NCBI GenBank assembly: GCA_018302705.1
Contig: JAGVZI010000020.1
Span: 1,081-65,080 of the forward strand
Origin: Candidatus Woesearchaeota archaeon
Lineage (GTDB): Archaea; Nanobdellota; Nanobdellia; SCGC-AAA011-G17; ARS1403
Direction of reading: 5' to 3'
DNA length: 64,000 nucleotides
In this document: piece by piece, positions 56,748 to 64,000 of the stretch
How the letters are laid out: every line of letters begins with the position of its first letter
Numbering within the stretch: the stretch's first letter is position 1
Notes under the pieces: model-generated
Told to the model about the DNA's origin: nothing
What the model saw: only the letters and a program-made list of their open reading frames with translations
Databases searched by the model: none
Position numbers and translations under genes: made by a program

Positions 56748-57350
56748 TCTGAATACCCCGTTATTCTTAATCTCGAAATTTACCTGGCCATTATTATTTT
56801 CAAACCTTAGCCGTCTAGGAAATTTTTCAAGCCTTATTATCCTCTTGCTCAACTTTTTAATAAGCACCCCTCCAATCATCTCTATCTCATCTTTTTTTAT
56901 ATTATTATAAACCTGGGTGGTTATTATCACAGGGGTTTTTCTGCTCAATTCATCTAGGATTTTAAGCTGCCTCCATACCCACATATTATACACTCTCGGT
57001 TTCTCCCTCACTTTTGCCCTGTAAAAATGGCTTATAGTATCAACTATTATCAGGGAGATATTTTTCATCTCGGGTAAGGACATAACTATCTTGTTCTGCT
57101 CAGAAAACCTTTTTGGCTTAAATAAGATAATTCCCCCTAATACTCTTTGAAATCCATCTCCGGATAGCTGCTTAATTCTTTCTGAATTAAAACTATTTTC
57201 AGTATCAATGTAAACAACTTTTCTGTTTTCCCTGGCCTGTTCAATAGCAGCAAGTTTTGCAAATGTAGTCTTCCCAGTGCTGGCCTCCCCATAAATGCAA
57301 GTTATTTCGTTTTCATAATGCTGAAACAAATTGCATCCGCTGTTAATCAT
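56724..57350 (-). CDS. RadB/KaiC-like RecA-superfamily ATPase
   Basis: Walker A GEASTGKTTFA, Walker B LIIVDTISHF, 208 aa. Confidence 0.6.
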   Translation of the reverse strand: MINSGCNLFQHYENEITCIYGEASTGKTTFAKLAAIEQARENRKVVYIDTENSFNSERIKQLSGDGFQRVLGGIILFKPKRFSEQNKIVMSLPEMKNISLIIVDTISHFYRAKVREKPRVYNMWVWRQLKILDELSRKTPVIITTQVYNNIKKDEIEMIGGVLIKKLSKRIIRLEKFPRRLRFENNNGQVNFEIKNNGVFRLEEDKNK

Positions 57351-57466
57351 ACGCTAAAGTAGAGGATAAGACTTAATAACCTTATCTTAAATAAAAAATT
57401 TTGTGCAAAAATCTAATTATTGTGCAAACCCACCGGTAGCGAAAGATTTATAAATCATGTATATAC

Positions 57467-57853
57467 ATGAAATGTATACACATAGGATATACTAAAATCA
57501 AGATGTCAGACATATTTAATGCAAAGGTATTGTGCGATGGGTGCAATACAAGAATGGAGAAGACAAGCATTCTAAGAAATGGATTCAATGTACGAGCTTT
57601 AGAATGCCCGGGGTGCGGAAAAAATTATTTGCATCCAGAAGACGAATATAAATTAGAGCAATTCTCAAAACTTAGGAACAAGCATTTTCAGGTAAAGTTA
57701 AGGATAGTAGGCAATTCCTATACAGTCTCGATTCCTCGCGAGATAATTGATTATCAAGATGAAATACAAAAAAGATTAAATAAGATGCTTTTTATGGCAT
57801 TAGAAGAGCCTGAAAAGCTAAGTATCTTTTTCAGAAAGAGGGTATTTGAATAA
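57467..57853 (+). CDS. Zinc-ribbon protein
   Basis: CDGCNT...CPGCG. Confidence 0.4.
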   Translation: MKCIHIGYTKIKMSDIFNAKVLCDGCNTRMEKTSILRNGFNVRALECPGCGKNYLHPEDEYKLEQFSKLRNKHFQVKLRIVGNSYTVSIPREIIDYQDEIQKRLNKMLFMALEEPEKLSIFFRKRVFE

Positions 57854-57855
57854 AA

Positions 57856-60141
57856 ATGACAGAAAAAAAAGAAGCTCAATTAAAGGTAATGGAAGCCCTG
57901 CAGGAAGAGGCATACAAGGGGATAGTTAGGATTGATAGTAGTACGATGAGCCTTCTAGGTGTTCGTCCCGGGGATGTTATAGAAATTGAAGGCTCAAGAA
58001 TTACAGTGGGTGTTGTTGATCGCGCATACCCCTCAGATATTGGTCAGTCAATAATCAGGATGGATGGTATTCTAAGGAGGAATGCAAAAACAGGTATTGG
58101 AGAAAGTGTCAAGGTCAGGCCTGCCGAAGTTAAAGAGGCAAAATCTATTATAATTGCTCCAGCTCAAAAGGGGATAATGGTTCAAGCTCATCCAGATGTT
58201 TTCAAGCGCGGTTTATTGGGCAGGGCAGTTGTTAAAGGTGACATAGTTGCATTGGGGGGCACAAGAAGGAGGAGAAGAACTTTAGCAGAATCGCCTTTCT
58301 TCGATGACATATTCAATTTTGAAGACACATTATTTGATAATTTTGGTTTTTCATCTCTGAAATTCATTGTTGTTGACGCAATTCCCAAGCAGCCTTTGAT
58401 AGTTACAGAAACAACTGAAATAAAAGTAAATCCGAAGGCAGTTGATATTGTAGAAGAATCATTTCCAGAAGTTACTTATGAAGACATTGGCGGGTTAAAA
58501 GAAGAAATTAAAAAAATTAGAGAGATGATTGAGCTGCCATTAAGGCATCCAGAGATTTTTAAAAGACTAGGAATTGAACCTCCTGCAGGTGTTTTGTTGC
58601 ACGGTCCTCCAGGATGCGGAAAAACTTTGCTGGCAAAAGCAGTTGCAAATGAATCAGATGCGCATTTCATTTTAGTTAATGGTCCTGAGATTATGAATAA
58701 ATATTATGGAGAGTCAGAAAAAAGAATTAGGCAACTATTTGAAGATGCGGAAAAAAATGCACCTGCAATTATTTTCATCGACGAGATAGATGCAATCGCT
58801 CCAAAGAGGGAAGATGTTCATGGAGAATTGGAGAGGCGGGTTGTAGCCCAATTATTGTCGATGATGGACGGTTTAAAGAACAGAGGGAAAGTTGTAGTCA
58901 TAGCAGCAACTAACAGGCCCAATGCAATAGACCCAGCACTAAGGCGTCCTGGAAGGTTTGACAGGGAAATTCCAATTTCTGTTCCAAACAAGAAAGGGAG
59001 ATTGAATATTTTAAAAATCCATACAAGAAACATGCCGATGGCAGAAGATGTAAAATTGGAAAAATTAGCAGAAGTAACTCATGGTTTTGTAGGAGCAGAT
59101 GTTTCAGCACTAGCAAAAGAAGCAGCCATGAATGTTCTGAGAAGATTGCTTCCAGATATAAAACTGCAGGAGAAAGAGCCAATTCCAAAAGAACTTTTAG
59201 AAAAATTAATAGTGACAAAAGAAGATTTCCAAGAAGCCTTGAAGATTGTAAGGCCTTCTGCGATGAGAGAAATTTTAGTAGAAATACCGAATGTAAGATG
59301 GAATCAAGTAGGGGGTTTAGAATTAACAAAGCAGGAGCTAAAAGAGGCAGTTGAATGGCCGTTGAAATATCAGAATGCATTCAAGAATCTAAGTATAAAG
59401 CCTCCAAGAGGAATCTTGCTTTACGGTCCTCCAGGATGCGGAAAAACTTTGCTGGCAAAAGCAGTTGCAAACGAGTCGCAGGCAAACTTCATTTTAATCA
59501 AAGGGCCAGAATTATTGAACAAATTCGTCGGAGAAAGCGAACGGGGAGTTAGGAAAGTTTTTGAAAAAGCAAGGCAATTAAATCCTGCAATAATATTTTT
59601 CGATGAAGTGGATTCCCTTGTCCCGCGGCGTGGAGGCTATGACAATTCAGGAGTTACTGAAAGAGTTGTGAATACTTTGCTCTCAGAGATGGACGGCCTT
59701 GAAGAATTAAATGATGTAATTGTGATGGCAGCGACCAACAGGCCAGATATGCTCGACCCAGCATTATTAAGGCCAGGAAGATTTGACAGGATGATTTTAG
59801 TTTCTGTTCCGGATGAAAAATCTAGATTAGAAATTTTTAATATTAATACAAAGGATATGCCAATAGCTACAGATGTTGATTTAGCAAAGCTTGCAAAAGA
59901 AGCTAAGTTATACACGGGGGCAGACATTGAAAATGTTTGCAAGGAAGCAGGAATTTTAGCATTAAGAGAAAACATAAAGGCAAGAGAGATCACAATGAAG
60001 CACTTTGAAGAAGCTCTGAAAAAAACAAGAGCGAGTGTAACAGAAGATGACTTGGAAGCATACAAGCTAATTGAAGAGCGCTTCTTTAAATCTGCAAGGG
60101 GAGCAGCAATAAGAAAAGAAATACCAACTTATTTTGGTTAA
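57856..60141 (+). CDS. cdc48: Cdc48/VCP-like AAA+ ATPase
   Basis: N-domain, two AAA modules each with GPPGCGKT Walker A and DEID/DEVD Walker B, 761 aa. Confidence 0.9.
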   Translation: MTEKKEAQLKVMEALQEEAYKGIVRIDSSTMSLLGVRPGDVIEIEGSRITVGVVDRAYPSDIGQSIIRMDGILRRNAKTGIGESVKVRPAEVKEAKSIIIAPAQKGIMVQAHPDVFKRGLLGRAVVKGDIVALGGTRRRRRTLAESPFFDDIFNFEDTLFDNFGFSSLKFIVVDAIPKQPLIVTETTEIKVNPKAVDIVEESFPEVTYEDIGGLKEEIKKIREMIELPLRHPEIFKRLGIEPPAGVLLHGPPGCGKTLLAKAVANESDAHFILVNGPEIMNKYYGESEKRIRQLFEDAEKNAPAIIFIDEIDAIAPKREDVHGELERRVVAQLLSMMDGLKNRGKVVVIAATNRPNAIDPALRRPGRFDREIPISVPNKKGRLNILKIHTRNMPMAEDVKLEKLAEVTHGFVGADVSALAKEAAMNVLRRLLPDIKLQEKEPIPKELLEKLIVTKEDFQEALKIVRPSAMREILVEIPNVRWNQVGGLELTKQELKEAVEWPLKYQNAFKNLSIKPPRGILLYGPPGCGKTLLAKAVANESQANFILIKGPELLNKFVGESERGVRKVFEKARQLNPAIIFFDEVDSLVPRRGGYDNSGVTERVVNTLLSEMDGLEELNDVIVMAATNRPDMLDPALLRPGRFDRMILVSVPDEKSRLEIFNINTKDMPIATDVDLAKLAKEAKLYTGADIENVCKEAGILALRENIKAREITMKHFEEALKKTRASVTEDDLEAYKLIEERFFKSARGAAIRKEIPTYFG

Positions 60142-60462
60142 CATTAAAAAGTAGTAATAAAACCGAAATGTTTAAAAAACCTTTTTACAATAATTTTTAA
60201 CAATAAAGGCTAAAAAATGAAAACAGAAACACAAGTTAAAGAATATAAATTTAAAGGAAATCCAACAATTCTTGTTCCTAGAGTAGGAAACCTTGTCTAC
60301 GATGAAAGAGGTCAGGAAATCTTGGCAATTCATAATGAAAGGTTTAGAGGCATTTCTCATATAGAAGACAAACATAATTACAAGGAAGGGTAGCCTTTAT
60401 CATATTCAAATGTCCCAAGAGTTCTTAGCTATGCTCAGTTATTAAGGGAAAGATTCCAGGAC

Positions 60463-60945
60463 ATGCATGTTTTAAGTCCGGAGGAAGTAGTTCAATATTG
60501 GGATGCAATTCCAGAAAGAGATTCTACTTATGCAGACACTAATTCAGTTCCAGTTTATCCTAATGAAGGCTGCAATGAAGGCTTAAGGCAGAGAGTTTTA
60601 GCTATACTGGGAAAGCAAAAAACAGAAACACTTTTAGCAGTCTCAGGATTAGGTGTTGAAAGAGCAGATAATCATCAAGGATTTACTTTTACAGAAAAAG
60701 AAGCTACTAGGGCAGAAGAAGCTCCTTACTTGCAAAGAGATGGAAAAGTTAGGTATGACGGAACAAGATTAGTTAATTCTGAAGAAGGAGTTTCTATCTG
60801 GGTTCCAGAAAGCCAATCCGGCCTTCGTAGGCTTTACCGTTACGGGTCTGGCAGGCTCAATGCCTGGGACGATGCCCTGCTTGACTCGGATGGGTCTGGT
60901 CGGGTACAAGTTTTATACGACCCGCAGGGTCGCGCCGAAAAATAA
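60463..60945 (+). CDS. Hypothetical ORF whose 3' 130 nt are anomalously GC-rich
   Basis: ORF in the track. The coding status of the 3' part is doubtful (see finding). Confidence 0.25.
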   Translation: MHVLSPEEVVQYWDAIPERDSTYADTNSVPVYPNEGCNEGLRQRVLAILGKQKTETLLAVSGLGVERADNHQGFTFTEKEATRAEEAPYLQRDGKVRYDGTRLVNSEEGVSIWVPESQSGLRRLYRYGSGRLNAWDDALLDSDGSGRVQVLYDPQGRAEK

Positions 60946-60998
60946 GGTTTATTTAATTATCTTCTTATTATTAATTAATATTATCAATCTCATCAGAT

Positions 60999-61883
60999 CT
61001 AATCCAACTTAGTCATCACAATAGGCTTGTCAGCAACCATCACAGTGTGCTCTGCCTGGCTTACTTTCATTCCATCTTCTTCAACTAATTCAGGATACCG
61101 ACGGATAATCCCTTGTTGCTCCAGTACTCTGAAGCTGTTATTTATTCTAAACTCATCAAACTTTCCCTTCACCCATTCTTTTGAAATGGGCAACCCCTTG
61201 TAATTTTCATAAATATAATCTAGCACCTCTCTGCCTATCCTCACACTTTTCAATTCTTCTATCCTGTATATCCCGCTTAACCTTCCTTCATTAACTTTGC
61301 CAGCACCCGTAGTTGCAAAAGGCTCAACAGCAAAAACCTGCCCGTCTTCTAATTCAGTTTCGCTTTTATTATCGTAGTTCGGAATAATAATCCCGGCATG
61401 TAAATTCCATTGCTCAACCTCATGCCCGCTTAAGTTTCTTATAGGGTTAAAACCATAACCGACAATAACCTCTTCGATAGCGTTCCCAATTTCTCCAAGT
61501 TTTATACCGGGCCTCATTAAGTTAATCGCTTCCCTCAATGCATCTTTGCTAGCCCTTATTAATTCTAAATCCTCATCGGTATCAATGCTTACACTTAGAG
61601 CATTGTCTCCGATAAAGCCATTAACATGCACGCCAACATCTATTTTAGCCAGGTCTCCGTGCTTAAATTTCTCCTCGCTGTCATTTAGAGCATAGCAGTG
61701 AGCAGCTTTGTTATTAAGGGAGATCTGCACAGGAAAAGCTAATCCCGCCCCTTGCTGATGCACAAAATCTTCTGTTTTTTTAGTAACATCTCTTAACAAA
61801 ACACCTTCCTTAATTAATTTCTTGCCAAACAACAGCGCTTCAGCAGCAATCTTTCCTGCTTTCTTGTAATCCTGCAAATTCAT
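60999..61883 (-). CDS. map: Methionine aminopeptidase, type 2 (archaeal)
   Basis: 294 aa; resembles archaeal type-2 methionine aminopeptidases (H..D..D..H..E..E metal ligands spread across the M24 fold). N-terminus MNLQDYKKAGKIAAEAL. Confidence 0.75.
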   Translation of the reverse strand: MNLQDYKKAGKIAAEALLFGKKLIKEGVLLRDVTKKTEDFVHQQGAGLAFPVQISLNNKAAHCYALNDSEEKFKHGDLAKIDVGVHVNGFIGDNALSVSIDTDEDLELIRASKDALREAINLMRPGIKLGEIGNAIEEVIVGYGFNPIRNLSGHEVEQWNLHAGIIIPNYDNKSETELEDGQVFAVEPFATTGAGKVNEGRLSGIYRIEELKSVRIGREVLDYIYENYKGLPISKEWVKGKFDEFRINNSFRVLEQQGIIRRYPELVEEDGMKVSQAEHTVMVADKPIVMTKLD

Positions 61884-61943
61884 AACCCTGCTTTTGCAAT
61901 AACATATTTAAACTTATCTTTAGAACAAATCAATATTATAAAT

Positions 61944-64000
61944 ATGAAAGGCTTCATCCTCTATCCGACTTACAGAATATTCAATGGCAGGCCTCATGTT
62001 CTGCTATTTGGAAAATTAGAAAACGGGCAATCTTTTCTTACAGTAAATTCTTTCAGGCCATATTTCTATATAAAAGAGGCTGATCTTCCCTCGCTCCCAA
62101 AAGAACATGAATACACCCGGACAGATTTAAAAAATTTTAATGAAGAAAAATTAATCAAGGTTTATACAGAAATCCCGTCAGAGGTTCCGCAGATTAGAAG
62201 GTATCTCGAGGAGCATGGAGTTGAATGCTATGAAGCAGATATAAGATTCCCATACCGCTTTCTTATAGACAATAATATAATGTCCGCGATAGAAATCCAG
62301 GAAGAAGATTACGAGCAGAATGAGTATCTGGATCGGATTTACAACGAGCCCGCAATAATCCCGGCGCAATTCAAGCCAGTTTTAAAAATTTTCTCAATAG
62401 ATATAGAAACCTCAATAGATGGGAAAAAACTTTACTCAATTTCAATATATTCCGAGGAATTTCAAAAAGCATTGATTGTCAGTAAAAAGAAAATCAAAAG
62501 CGCTATCGTCTTCAAAGATGAAGAATCGCTATTGGAGAAATTCAAGGAAGTAATAATTGAAGAAGATCCTGATATTATAACTGGCTGGAGCGTAATTGAT
62601 TTTGATCTAAATTTCCTGAGAGAAAAATTCAAGCAGCACAAGATTCCATTCGTACTCGGGAGAACAGACCAGCAGTGTAAATTAAAATTAGAGTCGGATT
62701 TCTTCAAGACTTCAAAGTCAGATTTTCAGGGCAGGTTGGTGTTGGACGCGATTGGCTTGTTGAAAGGGTCTTTCATCCAGCTTGAAAATTATAAGCTCAG
62801 CACGGCAGCTGCTCATTTCTTGAAACAGGGAAAGCTTATCGATGATTACAATAAAGCAGAAGAGATAGAATCCATGTACAAGAAAAATCCAGAAAAGCTT
62901 GTTGAATACAACATGAAGGATGCGCAGCTTGTGCTTGATATAATTAAAAAAACAAGGGTTTTAGATCTATCAATCCATCGCTCGCTTTTGACCGGAATGC
63001 CGCTAGACCGGGTCAGTGCCTCTATTGCTTCATTTGATTCCCTCTACTTAAGAAAATTAAAAGAAAGAAATTATGCAGCGCAGTCAGCAAGCTTTAGGAA
63101 CAAAGAAACAAGAATCACTGGCGGTTATGTCATGGATTCAATCCCGGGAATTTATGAAAACATAATCATTTTAGATTTTAAATCTCTCTATCCTTCGATT
63201 ATAAGGACATTTAACATAGACCCATTAACCTTCGTCGGAAAGAAACCCGGAAAAAATTTAATCATAGCTCCTAATCGAGCAGCATTCAAAAAAGAGAAAG
63301 GGATTTTGCCGGATATAATCGCAGAATTGATGGAGGAAAGGGAGAGGGTAAAAAAGGAAAAGGATGAGCTCACTTCCCATGCCATTAAGATTTTATTAAA
63401 CTCTTTTTTTGGCGTGATGGCGAATCCTTCTTTCAGATTTTTTAACACAGATATGGCAAATGCAATTACCCACTTTGGGCAGTTTTTAATAAAAATGACT
63501 GCAGAAGAAATAAGGAAAAAGGGGTATGAGGTTATTTATCAAGATACAGACAGCATATTTGTAAAATCATGTATTGAAAAATATGAAGATGCAGAAATTG
63601 AAGGAAGAAAAATCACAGTAGTTATGAATCTTTTTTTTGAAAAATATATTGGCAACACTTATGGAACAAGGAATCACTTAGAGTTAGAATTTGAAAAAGT
63701 CTACAAGATGTTCATAATGCCAAAGATCAGAAGTGAGGAAGCAGGAGCCAAAAAAAGATATGCCGGGTTAAGAGTTGTGAATGGAGAGGAGAAAATAGAA
63801 TTTACGGGAATGGAATCGAGAAGAAGAGATTGGACAGAGGTGTCAAAAAAATTTCAGCACGAATTACTAGACAGGATATTCCACAAAAAGGAAATTTCAG
63901 ATTATGTTAAAAAGTTCATAAAAGAAGTAAAGGAAGGAAAATATGATGATATGCTAATCTATCGCAAAGGCTTGAGAAAAAATGTAGAACAATATACTAA
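61944..64000 (+). CDS. polB: Family B DNA polymerase, partial (runs off window end)
   Basis: Starts MKGFILYPTYRIFNGRPHVLLFGKLENG. Motif A DFKSLYPSII (~63176). Motif C YQDTDSIF (~63540). No stop within the window. Confidence 0.85.
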   Translation, partial: MKGFILYPTYRIFNGRPHVLLFGKLENGQSFLTVNSFRPYFYIKEADLPSLPKEHEYTRTDLKNFNEEKLIKVYTEIPSEVPQIRRYLEEHGVECYEADIRFPYRFLIDNNIMSAIEIQEEDYEQNEYLDRIYNEPAIIPAQFKPVLKIFSIDIETSIDGKKLYSISIYSEEFQKALIVSKKKIKSAIVFKDEESLLEKFKEVIIEEDPDIITGWSVIDFDLNFLREKFKQHKIPFVLGRTDQQCKLKLESDFFKTSKSDFQGRLVLDAIGLLKGSFIQLENYKLSTAAAHFLKQGKLIDDYNKAEEIESMYKKNPEKLVEYNMKDAQLVLDIIKKTRVLDLSIHRSLLTGMPLDRVSASIASFDSLYLRKLKERNYAAQSASFRNKETRITGGYVMDSIPGIYENIIILDFKSLYPSIIRTFNIDPLTFVGKKPGKNLIIAPNRAAFKKEKGILPDIIAELMEERERVKKEKDELTSHAIKILLNSFFGVMANPSFRFFNTDMANAITHFGQFLIKMTAEEIRKKGYEVIYQDTDSIFVKSCIEKYEDAEIEGRKITVVMNLFFEKYIGNTYGTRNHLELEFEKVYKMFIMPKIRSEEAGAKKRYAGLRVVNGEEKIEFTGMESRRRDWTEVSKKFQHELLDRIFHKKEISDYVKKFIKEVKEGKYDDMLIYRKGLRKNVEQYT

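Noticed and set aside
58910-60065. Minus-strand ORFs within cdc48 (58910..59380, 59637..60065)
   Set aside because: Antisense to a high-confidence AAA+ gene.
1-64000. CRISPR arrays and rRNA operons
   Set aside because: No regularly spaced direct repeats of 24-40 nt and no long GC-rich rRNA-like stretches were seen by eye. The only GC-rich anomaly is the 130-nt segment at 60.8 kb.

Overview
This is a low-GC archaeal chromosome segment, and the gene content and AT-richness suggest a DPANN-like organism. It contains four blocks.

**1. Type IV pilus-like locus (0.5-10.7 kb).** Seven tandem genes encode proteins with an 'MNKRG' class-III (prepilin-like) signal peptide. One is a very Cys-rich 265-aa protein and another is a 354-aa protein. 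A polytopic FlaJ/TadC-like membrane protein and a 752-aa FlaI/GspE-family ATPase sit immediately upstream.

**2. Housekeeping genes.**
- Replication: a partial RPA/SSB at the left edge and a partial family-B DNA polymerase at the right edge (start 61944, runs off the window). A 530-bp AT-rich candidate origin lies next to orc1/cdc6, followed by PolD DP1 and DP2 in the Pyrococcus-like order.
- Aminoacyl-tRNA synthetases for Tyr, Arg and Ser.
- Proteostasis: LonB, Cdc48, TldD/PmbA pair, M29 and M24 aminopeptidases, MetAP2.
- DNA metabolism: topoisomerase IA, a Hef helicase and XPF nuclease encoded as two adjacent genes, LigT, a RadB/KaiC-like ATPase.
- A HEPN-MNT toxin-antitoxin pair with a palindromic upstream site.
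- Three tandem paralogous membrane proteins, two MgtE-like membrane proteins, PRC-barrel proteins.

**3. A ~10.5 kb accessory island between argS and serS (39.0-49.5 kb).** It holds a tyrosine integrase, two homologous integrase C-terminal fragments, and four nuclease-fold genes (PD-(D/E)xK-like, HNH, a Cas4-like 4-Cys nuclease, GIY-YIG). It also has two paralogous coiled-coil + winged-helix proteins, reiterated short DNA motifs and shared TATA/BRE-like promoter motifs. This island is the best candidate for an undescribed mobile or defence system.

**4. An anomalous GC-rich ~130-bp segment at 60.8-60.95 kb,** which may be a structured RNA.

I found no rRNA operon, convincing tRNA or CRISPR array by eye.
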